This document shows positions 29,318-39,629 of a DNA stretch of 60,124 nucleotides, piece after piece. How positions within the stretch are numbered: position 1 is the stretch's first letter; each line of letters opens with the position of its first letter. The position numbers and the translations under genes are program-made. A model generated the notes under the pieces. It was not told where the DNA came from. It saw nothing but the letters and a program-made list of their open reading frames with translations, and ran no database searches. Where the stretch lies: positions 1 through 60,124 of IMG/VR virus record IMGVR_UViG_3300033388_004729; one strand, 5' to 3'. Origin of the DNA: a virus (lineage: Duplodnaviria > Caudoviricetes).

Positions 29318-30460
29318 TTAGCTCATCCCCATTTTACCTTTAAATTCTGTTTCAACCGCGGCAAAATCATATGATGTGCCCGGTGCTGTGCTTTTAACGG
29401 CAGCTGCATCAAACATAGACTGTCCTGCGGGTAATGCCGCGACCATGAGTTTTGCTTCATCGATCATATCAGTAATTGCTGATGCGGTCAGTTGCTTAAC
29501 ATGCTCAATTTTGGCGATGAGTTTAGTATCGTCTATTTTACCGTCAACCATCATCGGTGCGCTTAATATACTTGATGCAGTGACTAAGCCTATATATTCA
29601 GCTGCCAACTTTTCACGTTTGATCTGGTCAAGTGTTGTCTCGACAGCCTCGGTCTTAGCCGCAGCAAACATCGGCTCTAACTCACTAGTCGGAGTCATCT
29701 GCGCCATTTGCGTATCGTATTCGATTTTCTGTGTTTCTAAGGCATCGGCAATCTTCTGATCCACCGCCTCTTGGTCGTACATTTGAACAGTGTCCTCCTG
29801 CTTAGTTTTGGGTGGTTTCTGCTCTATCTTTTCCTTTGTGTCTTCAGTCCCCTCAGATTTAACCTCTGGAGGTTTCTGGTCGACATCTTCTTTTTTATCT
29901 GTCATAGTTTCCTCTATTGTATTATTGGTTGATTGTAATTTTTCAGAAATGGCCGCGACTACCACATCATATCCGCTTTCACCATACGCCGGTGATGCCG
30001 GTGGAATTATTAAAGAAATAGCAGTGGGTATGATATTATCAATCATCCCGTTATCATCCATTGTGCCATTTGGACTTGCAGCCACACTCCAATTTCCTTT
30101 ATTGAATGGCAGCCATGTACCGTCTCGAATCTGGTCGGCAGCTTCCTTTTTGGTAATGATTGCACTCGCTTTTATCCAGCCATCTTCTGTATAGGTTTTC
30201 GATACATACCCAATATTTGAATAATTATCTGGTGTAAAGTCACAAGCATGTGGATCAAGACTGTTACACATCCTGATAGGTATTCCTACACTTCTTGATA
30301 TAAAATCAGATTCCCCGCCGGCGGACAATCCCCAACCGTTCTTGTTTTGAACGCCAATCTCAAGCAGGCGGCCATCTATTTGAACAGCGTGCTCGGGTAT
30401 ATATTCGACTGAATCACCCGCAACTACATATTCATTACATTGACAATTTATTGTACCCAT
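29318..30460 (-). CDS. prohead protease / scaffold fusion
   Basis: NKNGW...H...IG.V....WSV...ISLI...PAY protease-like N-half; charged helical C-half. Confidence 0.7.
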   Translation of the reverse strand: MGTINCQCNEYVVAGDSVEYIPEHAVQIDGRLLEIGVQNKNGWGLSAGGESDFISRSVGIPIRMCNSLDPHACDFTPDNYSNIGYVSKTYTEDGWIKASAIITKKEAADQIRDGTWLPFNKGNWSVAASPNGTMDDNGMIDNIIPTAISLIIPPASPAYGESGYDVVVAAISEKLQSTNNTIEETMTDKKEDVDQKPPEVKSEGTEDTKEKIEQKPPKTKQEDTVQMYDQEAVDQKIADALETQKIEYDTQMAQMTPTSELEPMFAAAKTEAVETTLDQIKREKLAAEYIGLVTASSILSAPMMVDGKIDDTKLIAKIEHVKQLTASAITDMIDEAKLMVAALPAGQSMFDAAAVKSTAPGTSYDFAAVETEFKGKMGMS

Positions 30461-30521
30461 TACTTAATTACATACTCTCTAATATATATATAAAAGAGTA
30501 TATCGATATGGTATTAATATT

Positions 30522-31331
30522 CTACCAGTCTACCTTCTTCAAAACTTCAAATCTGCCATATACTCTAAGGTTACGAACATATGTGGTTTCTGTCGGGCCG
30601 TCATCATTTTTGATCCACAGTTCTATGGTATCGCCATCTGACCACCCCGATATGTCTTCAGATTTTGTAGCATATGCTACCAATGATGATGTTTGTTCGG
30701 TTCCATGTGCTACTCCGTTTTTATAGATTCTACCCACCGCACCTGAATTAGCAAAATCATTTCTCAAATCAAATTTTATTCGTAATTCTGATAAAGAACC
30801 GATTAGATTTCCAACCAGCCCAGTAAAATCTTTGATTTTTACGTATGATGTACTGTTGCTTGATTCTATTGAATCATCTGATTTCAAAAGTTCATCCGTT
30901 GGGATTAATATGTGTTCAAATTCAGGAACATATATTATTTTATCGATGATATCCGCAGAATAAATTACTGATGCATTTGCCGATACGTCCACCAATGCTA
31001 AAAGAATATCATCTGCGGTGATATCTGGGGGGATTGGTGGTGTCGCAGGCGTCCCGTCGATTACAATAGGATTGGTTGTTGCAGTATCATATATAATCAA
31101 ATCTTTCCTTGCATGTGTAGCATCTGCTGCAGTGATAGCAACATTAACTGTACTACCTTCTGTATATTTTGAACTATTTATCAAACAACTTCCTGCAGCC
31201 ACATTAACGCTCATATTCGAACTTGCATCAACACCAAGACCGGATATAACCCCCCATCCTTTAGCAGCCAATAACATATTATTCATATCAACATGCTCTA
31301 ATACATCATTATAAGAATATTCCATAACCAT
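30522..31331 (-). CDS. tail fibre/spike-like protein
   Basis: GVISGL.V...M.V.VAAG...AD...R.D.I...G.P...PP...LA.V.V N-terminal fibre-attachment pattern. Confidence 0.65.
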   Translation of the reverse strand: MVMEYSYNDVLEHVDMNNMLLAAKGWGVISGLGVDASSNMSVNVAAGSCLINSSKYTEGSTVNVAITAADATHARKDLIIYDTATTNPIVIDGTPATPPIPPDITADDILLALVDVSANASVIYSADIIDKIIYVPEFEHILIPTDELLKSDDSIESSNSTSYVKIKDFTGLVGNLIGSLSELRIKFDLRNDFANSGAVGRIYKNGVAHGTEQTSSLVAYATKSEDISGWSDGDTIELWIKNDDGPTETTYVRNLRVYGRFEVLKKVDW

Positions 31332-31708
31332 TATGATACCTCCGATATAGTACCTTTAATAAGATATTTCAATTCAAACGAAGAATCTTTATTGATTTGT
31401 GTGTGTACAATTCGATTCATTAATGTTCCACCACTAGCGGCGTTAATTGCACCAAATTCTGTTAATATGTGGCCATTACCATCCCCCGTACCAATAAACA
31501 TTTGAAATTGGAATGCTTTGTTTTCTGGTTTGGTTTTTGAATCTATTGCGCTGCGGTTTGCCCCGTCTGGTTGAATTTCTGTTTCAAGTGCTGTATCATT
31601 GGCGTTTGCCGCGGTTGTTCCCGTACCCACAGCAATGTGCGATGGCATGGTGATTGAATCGCCATATATGACATTTCGTACAGCATTAAGGAACGCATCA
31701 ACTATCAT
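31331..31708 (-). CDS. tail-collar/baseplate protein
   Basis: HIAVGTGTT...DTALE.E...LTEFG. Confidence 0.65.
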   Translation of the reverse strand: MIVDAFLNAVRNVIYGDSITMPSHIAVGTGTTAANANDTALETEIQPDGANRSAIDSKTKPENKAFQFQMFIGTGDGNGHILTEFGAINAASGGTLMNRIVHTQINKDSSFELKYLIKGTISEVS

Positions 31709-33120
31709 GCGACATCCCCCGGGATAACTTCGGGGAATCCTGTTTTCAATCTCAGTTCTGACTTTGCAATGGCTCCAATCTCTTGCATCTCAATAAGGTC
31801 ACGGTGAATAACTTGAATTTCAGATAATGGTTCTGCATAAATTGAAATATCATTCGTGGATACGTTTAGATTTTCAAGATGTGGAATCACAATTTCATTT
31901 AAAAGTGTACCATAAAACGAATCTCTAAGCGATTGCAAGGATAATAATTCTTGGTCTGATACTTGACTCCCCGAACTTGTCCATGCGCTGCCAACAGATC
32001 CAGACGCCACATCAGACTGTAATAATGCTCTATCAATCTGCTTTTCTCTAAACTCGAAGAATGTTGTAATATCAAAAGCATTCTGGACATCAATCATTTT
32101 CACGTCTTCCCCTATAGTGATAATATCTTCATTGGCCTTTATTTCCTGGAATGCTGCCGCCTCTGCTTCCTGTGCGTCATCTGCTAAATCTTTTGATATC
32201 TTATCATCTTTGTATAGTTCTGATAATAATTTCATATCGATATGAAGTCGTCCCATCCCATATCGTTTTATGAACTCATCATAATAATAAGAAGCATTCA
32301 TTAATGATTTTAATGGTGTTTCTATTTCAGGCACCATGCTGGCACCCCATATACCGAATGTATTCCGCCCTTTGATATCTGTGAAATAATTTGCTCCGTC
32401 CCATATTCTAAACAGGGCAACGTCATCCCGCTCATAGATTATCTGCCCGGTCTCTTCTTCATTGTGAACTATTTTATCGACTATACCGTGGATTAAAAGG
32501 TTATTATCCACACTTCCAACAACTTCTTTTTCTGTCAGGAGAGTAATATAATTTAAAGGATGGATTCGTGGTATTGTTAGTTTGCCGTTAACGTCTTTAA
32601 GTGACACAATAACTGTTCCCATCTCGCACTGTGACCTGGCAATATCCTGCGCCAGAGACGTAAACTTAATACTTTCCATTGCTTCGTCGATGGAATCCTG
32701 CGCCCGCTCTTCACCCACGACCCGGATGCCATTTGTCATTTTCAGTGCTAGATTCACAAATGCCCGTGTGACTTGGCCGTTGACTCCACCTCTGGCAATA
32801 GAATAATACTTGTCAAAAATATTAGTCGTGTTTATCTCAAATCTGCCATAGTACTCTACTCCGTCTGTATGGGTGTCTCTTTTGTCAGGCATACCCTGAA
32901 TTGCTGCAACCAATAAATCTATCTGTTTTTCTCTGCGGCTAGATGTGATTGTTGTGGTATTGTTTTTCTGAATGTACCGGTGTACCTGCTGTTTACTGAT
33001 ATCAAAATCACTATTTGCTGTTAATTGTGATGAGATTTGAGCCGCAGATAATCCTTTTTGAGACAGATTCACAACCGCCGCTCCTAATTGATTCCTATCA
33101 ATCTCTGAATTTCGTGGCAT
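31705..33120 (-). CDS. putative portal protein with N-terminal HTH-like extension
   Basis: 471 aa, helical; G.S.V..I...L, C-terminal G.I...ELR...GF typical of portals; next to the adaptor gene. Confidence 0.6.
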   Translation of the reverse strand: MPRNSEIDRNQLGAAVVNLSQKGLSAAQISSQLTANSDFDISKQQVHRYIQKNNTTTITSSRREKQIDLLVAAIQGMPDKRDTHTDGVEYYGRFEINTTNIFDKYYSIARGGVNGQVTRAFVNLALKMTNGIRVVGEERAQDSIDEAMESIKFTSLAQDIARSQCEMGTVIVSLKDVNGKLTIPRIHPLNYITLLTEKEVVGSVDNNLLIHGIVDKIVHNEEETGQIIYERDDVALFRIWDGANYFTDIKGRNTFGIWGASMVPEIETPLKSLMNASYYYDEFIKRYGMGRLHIDMKLLSELYKDDKISKDLADDAQEAEAAAFQEIKANEDIITIGEDVKMIDVQNAFDITTFFEFREKQIDRALLQSDVASGSVGSAWTSSGSQVSDQELLSLQSLRDSFYGTLLNEIVIPHLENLNVSTNDISIYAEPLSEIQVIHRDLIEMQEIGAIAKSELRLKTGFPEVIPGDVA

Positions 33121-33539
33121 TAGTAGTTTGTCTCCTCGGAACTTGACATTGTTTCATATGATCCTACTCTTCGCCCAGGTCTCCCCACGACTGCCGCACC
33201 AGGGGGTGCACTCATATTATTTGATACGTAATCAGCAACAATCGACAGACCTTCATATTTCAATTCATCTAATTGTGATAATGACCCGTCCTTTCGTGAA
33301 TATGCATCAGCCTGGAAATTTGACCGTGGATTGACAGCACCAGGCTTTGTAGCAACCATTACTGCGGCAAAGTATTCAACAGCAGTATCCAACATAACAT
33401 CAGATGACGGCGTGGCAATACCCTTCCGTGACAGCATGCTCGACACAGTCGCCCGGGCTTTTATCAGCTGTCTACCTATCAATTCTGAATCCGTCGAACC
33501 CGTCAAATCCGTTACACCTTGTTCTGTGCCTAGTGCCAT
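33120..33539 (-). CDS. putative head-tail adaptor
   Basis: 139 aa; T...V..L....I.KA...V..ML...L..AV.Y.AA pattern of gp15/gp6-type adaptors. Confidence 0.55.
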   Translation of the reverse strand: MALGTEQGVTDLTGSTDSELIGRQLIKARATVSSMLSRKGIATPSSDVMLDTAVEYFAAVMVATKPGAVNPRSNFQADAYSRKDGSLSQLDELKYEGLSIVADYVSNNMSAPPGAAVVGRPGRRVGSYETMSSSEETNY

Positions 33540-33570
33540 ACTATATCAAATCCTTTTAATATTATTTATA

Positions 33571-33819
33571 TTATCCACTGGCCAATAATTCTTCTGGTGA
33601 CCGCTTGTCGCCCATTGGGGTAATCCCAATTCTGCCAGTTCCAAGTATAAACGAATCATTCATATCGCGTTTATAAATATAATATGAATCAATTAAGCCA
33701 AGTTCTTCCTCTACAGACATGAAATTTAATAAAGAGTCTGACATTGAGCCGATATTATCCTCCAATCTTTTAAGCCTGGTCTGGATATCCCCTATAATTA
33801 ACGATACTGGATTTATCAT
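33571..33819 (-). CDS. hypothetical tail protein
   Basis: 82 aa, FILG...IG...GD; ATGA overlap. Confidence 0.55.
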   Translation of the reverse strand: MINPVSLIIGDIQTRLKRLEDNIGSMSDSLLNFMSVEEELGLIDSYYIYKRDMNDSFILGTGRIGITPMGDKRSPEELLASG

Positions 33820-35867
33820 ATTTCCACCAGCGACAGATTATTTAGTATAAACGCCTTTGTCATACTATGGGATGAACTTAAAACTTTCATATTTTTATCA
33901 ATTGCAACACCGGGTTCTGTAATCGTTAATCTGATTACATCGCCTGCAATTATATCATTACCGTGAATAGTTATTTCAGCCGTTTTTTTATGAGTTTTTA
34001 CAATCATCTGATTTGCTTTTAGTTCTGCTAATTCGGATGATTCTATTTTCTCATCTCTAAAAACTTCAACATACATTCCATATTGGTCTTGTGATGCTAT
34101 ATCATTGTTCATGACTGCGACCCGGGCGGGAGACCTGGTATTAAAATCTAAATCGTCACTGCCATCCACACCCACTTTAACACCGTCTGCGGTGGTACCC
34201 TCTAATACCATCCAATATGTATCCCCGGGGGTCACGGTGACTGGATTTGTAAATTTTAATTCTGTTTTACCCTCGTCAGTGATATTATCAAGTAATACAA
34301 TTGCTGCGGATTCTGGCAAAATCACACCCGATGGTGAGCCCGTTGAATCTTCTTGAATCGATATTGTAATGTTTGATGAACTACCCGAAACAAATTCAGT
34401 ATGCACGAAAACACTAGATAAATATTCTTCAGTCGGTACAAATGATTCATTTTTCGGTGTTGAATCTGTGATGGTTGTTGTGGTCGTCTCAGTAGCACCA
34501 GTTTGATCAATACTCTGCTCATATCCCCCTATTACTATTGCCCGATTAACTATTTTCAAAGTGTCAGATATAGTGGGTGACCCATCTAGGTCATCATCGG
34601 TGATTGTATCGGTGATTACATATGCCGCCGGATCATAGAAATGTAATCTCTTGTCTGTGTCAATGTGCCACTCATACCCAACCTCATTTGCGAGATCATT
34701 TATTGCAGATGATACGGATACCCAGTTGAATGTCGCTGAATCAATTGTAAATGCTGTAGTTTCAACATTATCATAATTTGAACTTACATCCATCAATTCT
34801 CTATATTTCTGACCCGTTGTGTAATCTGTTTTTTCTAATATCCCTGTTGCAATTGCAGAGACTTCAGTATCATAGAATCGCGCAGGGAAAAACATATGAT
34901 TTAATTTATAGCCCCAGTCTTCGCCAGACACTTCCATTATGGGTAATACCTGCGAACCCTCGAGTGTTTTGTTTACATTCGTAATAATACCAACAAGTTT
35001 AACAGTGTCTACACCACCAACCCCCATATAAATTGCAATTTCACAACCCTGCTCAATATACGAATATGCATCTGATTCATTCGTAAGAACAAATGAGAAT
35101 CTATCGGCGGCCTGCGAACCAGATAAATCAAGATTGAGCCGTTGAATATTATCAGTTATTGCATATCCTTCATCATCGAGATCAGTTATCAGTACCCGGG
35201 ACGTTGGGATGTGCTCATGTGTGCCACCCGGATGATTATAAAGAAATGTTCGTTCACCTTCATTTAGACCGCGGGTATAAAGCCGCATTTCGTCCATTGT
35301 ACCGTCGAAATATTCAGTGCCCCCGTGTGATCCCAACAGCAACGGATGTGAATTAGCAGGACCTAACCCAAGTGCATGAGTTGAATCTAATTCATTATTA
35401 ATATATATTTTAGTTTCATTTCCAATTACTGTGATAAGTATGTGTGTCCATTTGCCCACATCTATTACATCCGTGGAAGTTACCCCAGTAGTTCCATTAT
35501 AAAATCCTATCTTCTCATCATTATATACATAGAAATTATAATTTACATTTGCCGAACCTGTGCCCTGGCGCTTTGCTAATATTCCGCCGATGTGCGAAGA
35601 ATCTAATTTGATCCATCCGCTGAATGTAATATCGGTTGTTATGTTGAGACTACTATTTATGCCACATGTGACATATTCAGAATTGCTACTATCGAAAATC
35701 AGTGCACCACCGGATATTCCATTTGTAGTCCATGTTGGGGGTCCTGTAAGATCCCCAGTATTCCCTTTACCAGATAGGTCGGCAGATGTAGACCCTGCGC
35801 CCTCATTAAACGACCAATATCCTACCAGCCCATTATCAAGATTAATGCTCATAAGTCCTTCAACCAC
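33816..35867 (-). CDS. LamG (concanavalin A-like) domain fused to tail hub/baseplate protein
   Basis: GLVGYWSFNEG...GKWTH...FDGTMDEMRLY; then D.FSF...GEDW...AINDLA...YEWHID...LHF. Confidence 0.8.
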   Translation of the reverse strand: MVEGLMSINLDNGLVGYWSFNEGAGSTSADLSGKGNTGDLTGPPTWTTNGISGGALIFDSSNSEYVTCGINSSLNITTDITFSGWIKLDSSHIGGILAKRQGTGSANVNYNFYVYNDEKIGFYNGTTGVTSTDVIDVGKWTHILITVIGNETKIYINNELDSTHALGLGPANSHPLLLGSHGGTEYFDGTMDEMRLYTRGLNEGERTFLYNHPGGTHEHIPTSRVLITDLDDEGYAITDNIQRLNLDLSGSQAADRFSFVLTNESDAYSYIEQGCEIAIYMGVGGVDTVKLVGIITNVNKTLEGSQVLPIMEVSGEDWGYKLNHMFFPARFYDTEVSAIATGILEKTDYTTGQKYRELMDVSSNYDNVETTAFTIDSATFNWVSVSSAINDLANEVGYEWHIDTDKRLHFYDPAAYVITDTITDDDLDGSPTISDTLKIVNRAIVIGGYEQSIDQTGATETTTTTITDSTPKNESFVPTEEYLSSVFVHTEFVSGSSSNITISIQEDSTGSPSGVILPESAAIVLLDNITDEGKTELKFTNPVTVTPGDTYWMVLEGTTADGVKVGVDGSDDLDFNTRSPARVAVMNNDIASQDQYGMYVEVFRDEKIESSELAELKANQMIVKTHKKTAEITIHGNDIIAGDVIRLTITEPGVAIDKNMKVLSSSHSMTKAFILNNLSLVEI

Positions 35868-36874
35868 CCTATTTTAGCATTAATATGATCCATCAGTGGC
35901 TTTGTAATCCCACAGGACGACGCTTTCTTAATCTCAGTATTGCCTATAGCAATTGAATCAGCCGCACAACCACCTGCGCAGAAGTCAACATAATCACATT
36001 CCTGGCATTCATCATCAAGATTATATACAAATGATAGGAACTTCGCCCGGGCATCACCATACCATATTTCATCAAATGTGTTTTTGTTTACGTTTCCTAA
36101 CACATAATCATCATTAGCATTATTCAAAACAAAACATTCACAGGGATATACATCACCGAATGTATCGATACAAACTACATGTTCATTACACGTAGGATAA
36201 CATTTGAGATGTGTTTTCCCTAATAATATAAACTGGATCATAATATTGAACGGATCTATCCTAATATACGATTTATTATCATACCACTCATCAAATAGTT
36301 TTATTGCAGCGATCGCAGATTTCTCTTGAAAATTATTAGGAGTCTGGAAGTTTAGCTTAATCCCTTGATTCATGTGATGAAAAAAAGGATAGAATTCGTC
36401 GATATGATCACAGGCATATTCAGACAATACAGCAATACACCCGAAGGGTATCTTGCGTCGATTCATCTCAATCATTGATTTTATGATTGTATCGAATGCA
36501 CCCGAACCCATGTTTTTATCATTAATAAATATGTCACCATCTAATGACGTAGAGACACCATAATCATATTTCTGTATAAAATCATACCATTCTGGCGTTG
36601 CTAATGTCATATTTGAGCAAATTACCCGGTCAATGTTACATCCAATTTCAGTAAATCGCCGCTCTGCATCCTCATAAAACTCTAACGGCATCATCATAGG
36701 CTCTGCAGCATGCCATTCGATGTGACCATTCTCACAATTCAACTCGTGTGCCTTTGCACAGAAATCAATTGTATTATATAGTGTAGTTCGATTCATCCTA
36801 TTATGCCCTTTTCGAGCATTGCAGTATGTACAAGACAGATTACATTCATCAGTCGGAAGGATTGAGGTTATCAT
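35849..36874 (-). CDS. radical SAM/SPASM domain protein (peptide/protein maturase type)
   Basis: CNLSCTYC, AAEP, STSLDG, C...C...GDVYPC, CQEC.....C.GGC. Confidence 0.92.
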   Translation of the reverse strand: MITSILPTDECNLSCTYCNARKGHNRMNRTTLYNTIDFCAKAHELNCENGHIEWHAAEPMMMPLEFYEDAERRFTEIGCNIDRVICSNMTLATPEWYDFIQKYDYGVSTSLDGDIFINDKNMGSGAFDTIIKSMIEMNRRKIPFGCIAVLSEYACDHIDEFYPFFHHMNQGIKLNFQTPNNFQEKSAIAAIKLFDEWYDNKSYIRIDPFNIMIQFILLGKTHLKCYPTCNEHVVCIDTFGDVYPCECFVLNNANDDYVLGNVNKNTFDEIWYGDARAKFLSFVYNLDDECQECDYVDFCAGGCAADSIAIGNTEIKKASSCGITKPLMDHINAKIGWLKDL

Positions 36875-39411
36875 ACCAATGACACCAGCCGCCGGTATAA
36901 TTCCCTGTCGTGTTTGTCAAGTAATGATTCTAGGTGATCAACTCCCAGGACCGTCCCAATATTATAAGTCATCTGCATGTGCGCAGGCTTGCCGCCACCT
37001 TCCATGACCAGGGCGCCAGCCTTTGGCACTACGTACTCACCTTCGTGGATTCTAGCGTCCGAATCCTCAGTAACGGGGCCACCCTTCGCCATGGATATCT
37101 GCTCCCATTTTGTATGCCCTGCCTGGTCATGCTGACTCCATACATCATATTGACTATGTGGTGATGATTTATCATGAAGACTGTGGGATGGAATTACAAT
37201 CTTTGGCATGGTCAGTGAAGGCCATTTTACTGTTATACTTGAGAAATCAAATAGTTTTACTATTGAATTATACCAACTTTGTAAAGTGCTTAATACACTA
37301 GATGTAAATGAAGTGAATGCAGATTTAACATCTTCCACCCACCCGGTAATAGTAGAATATGTATTCAAAACCCATTTTAGTATTATTCCCAGCGCATCGA
37401 TTGACCAATATACTATAATTGACAATATGCCGCCTGACCAGTCATCGATTTTCTGTAATATATCAGATACCCAGTCTGCAAAACCCTGTTTAGTAGATTC
37501 TATCCAGTTAGATATTTGTGTTTTTGTATTTTCTGCCCAATCCGCAACACCTTGTTTAATAGCTTCCCATAATAATGAAAACAATGTTTTGATTAATTCA
37601 GTCCATGTTTCAGTCATCCCTTTCATTTTATCAAATGTAGTACCAAGATGTTCTTTTATTGTTTCCCAGGCACCTTTCCAATCCCCTTCAATAAGAGCTA
37701 ATATGACATTAATTGTGACCATGATGTTATTCATGATAATATCGACTGTTGTTTTGATGGTTTCCCACACTACATCTACAATCATCATGATGGTGTCGCC
37801 GTGTGCATTCCAAAACTTTTCAATTGAATCTAAACCAGCGCTTATAATATCCACTATTATATCTACAATTTTAAGTGTGGTATCCTTGATTCCATACCAA
37901 TTCTGGTCCCATGCCACGGCCAAAACACCCATTACAGCCACAACCGCCAAAATTGGAGACATTATCAGTGCAATGGCGGCAGCAATGGCAATAGCGAACT
38001 TTGTGGCGGTGGGATGTTCTGCGAAAAATCCTAAAACTGCTGAAACCGCTTCTGCTAATGTATTGAATACTCCAATTGTAACGTCTAATACTGAGGACAA
38101 TGATGTCATTGCAGTTTCGTTATTGCCAAATTCAGTGCTTAAATCTGATATAATTGTCGTGATGCTTTCTGCAGATGATTTAAATGCATCAAGTCCTGGC
38201 TGTAGTTTGTCTATAAGCGCAGATGCTGAAGATATAATCCCATTAATGAAATCACCAGACAGTGTTGCAGCAAATGAATCTATATTAGGCAGCATTTCTG
38301 AAATCGTATCAGATACTGCTTTTATATGTGGTGCAAACTTTTCTCCTATTGTAATCGCAACCGCATTAAAATTGTTTTTAAGTAGTTGGATGGCTGCTTT
38401 TAGTGTGTTGGTTTTTGCTGCAAATTCATCTGCCAATGATGTGTTTTCCTCAAAACCTTTCGCCGATCCTTCAAGGTTGATCAACAATCCTTCTAAATCT
38501 CCACCAAGCCCGGTGATTGATTTTGCTCCAACAATCCCAAACATCTCTGATGCTGCTGTAGCTCTCTCCAGCGGGTCTTCAATTGTAGACAATTTCTCTA
38601 CAATCTTAATAATCATAGCCATTGGGTCCTCGCCAAAAGCCGACCTGAATGCATCTTCAGAAATACCTAAAAATTCTGATACTTTATCGATGTTTGCCGC
38701 CATCTTTGTGAATGCAGAGTTTAATCTCGTTCCTGCATCTGATGCATCCATACCCATTGAAATTAATGTGGCACCCAATGACATTGATTCGGTCGCAGAA
38801 AAACCCATGTTTACTGCCGCTGCGCCGAGTGACATACCAAACGCAGCGATTTGTGTTTCTGAAGCTGCTGTAGTATTCCCTAGTATATTAATAGCAGATG
38901 CAAAATTTGATGTCTGTTCGATCGGGATATCATAAATCTTCCCCAGCTTTGCCATGGCCGTTGCTGCGGATTCGGCCGACATGTCAAAAGCCACAGAAAT
39001 CTGCGCAACAGTCTCAGTAAACGAAATTATATTTTCGGTGCCCTGAATGCCCAGTTGTCCAGCTATTGCAGCAATGTCCGCCAATTCAACTGCAGCAATC
39101 GGTATGTTTGTAGAAAGTGTTTTGATTTCTGATGATAAACCAGCAAGTGCATCACCTGACAACCCCGTGGTTTTCGCCACACTGGCCATCGCATCTTCAA
39201 ACTCAATGAATGCAGAAATAGATTTTTTAAGGGCAATTACCATACCGCCGATAGCTGCAGCACCGGCCAATGCAGCAAACGCAACCCCCAACTTAGCTAC
39301 GCTTTTTGTGATATTACCTGCAGTATCCTTGAAAGAATTATTCACTTTCTTCAGACTGGCAGTCGCTTTGTCTTTTAATTCGACAAGGATTTCCATCTCT
39401 GCTGCTGCCAT
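36871..39411 (-). CDS. tail tape measure protein (TP901 core)
   Basis: 846 aa; FEDAMASVAKTT, AGQLG, AGTRL, Trp-spaced repeats; MAKGGPV...IHEGEYVVP C-terminus. Confidence 0.92.
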   Translation of the reverse strand: MAAAEMEILVELKDKATASLKKVNNSFKDTAGNITKSVAKLGVAFAALAGAAAIGGMVIALKKSISAFIEFEDAMASVAKTTGLSGDALAGLSSEIKTLSTNIPIAAVELADIAAIAGQLGIQGTENIISFTETVAQISVAFDMSAESAATAMAKLGKIYDIPIEQTSNFASAINILGNTTAASETQIAAFGMSLGAAAVNMGFSATESMSLGATLISMGMDASDAGTRLNSAFTKMAANIDKVSEFLGISEDAFRSAFGEDPMAMIIKIVEKLSTIEDPLERATAASEMFGIVGAKSITGLGGDLEGLLINLEGSAKGFEENTSLADEFAAKTNTLKAAIQLLKNNFNAVAITIGEKFAPHIKAVSDTISEMLPNIDSFAATLSGDFINGIISSASALIDKLQPGLDAFKSSAESITTIISDLSTEFGNNETAMTSLSSVLDVTIGVFNTLAEAVSAVLGFFAEHPTATKFAIAIAAAIALIMSPILAVVAVMGVLAVAWDQNWYGIKDTTLKIVDIIVDIISAGLDSIEKFWNAHGDTIMMIVDVVWETIKTTVDIIMNNIMVTINVILALIEGDWKGAWETIKEHLGTTFDKMKGMTETWTELIKTLFSLLWEAIKQGVADWAENTKTQISNWIESTKQGFADWVSDILQKIDDWSGGILSIIVYWSIDALGIILKWVLNTYSTITGWVEDVKSAFTSFTSSVLSTLQSWYNSIVKLFDFSSITVKWPSLTMPKIVIPSHSLHDKSSPHSQYDVWSQHDQAGHTKWEQISMAKGGPVTEDSDARIHEGEYVVPKAGALVMEGGGKPAHMQMTYNIGTVLGVDHLESLLDKHDRELYRRLVSLV

Positions 39412-39629
39412 TATCCACCCGTCCTAAGTTTATTCATCAATTCAAGTTTTCGTTCTAAGTCATCGCCTGTTGGTTTTTTCTGTGGTTTATCACTTGATTG
39501 TTTAGAGATATAGCGACCCAACATTTTTATATCGCTAATATCTAGACTATCAATATAGTCTAATCTATAATGATAATGGAATGCCAGCGCGGCGGTTAAT
39601 TCTTCGTGCTGGTCGGGGTGGTAAAATCC
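39411..39629 (-). CDS. -1 frameshift extension of the tail assembly chaperone (gpGT-like)
   Basis: G GAT TTT at 39623..39629; the -1 frame stays open (YHPDQHEELTAALAFHYHY...) to a TAA overlapping the TMP ATG. Confidence 0.75.
   Translation of the reverse strand, partial: GFYHPDQHEELTAALAFHYHYRLDYIDSLDISDIKMLGRYISKQSSDKPQKKPTGDDLERKLELMNKLRTGG

Noticed and set aside
37208-38935. 575-aa plus-strand ORF
   Set aside because: Antisense shadow of the tape measure gene with no independent motifs; the same applies to 47363..48097, 2726..3268 and similar overlapping ORFs
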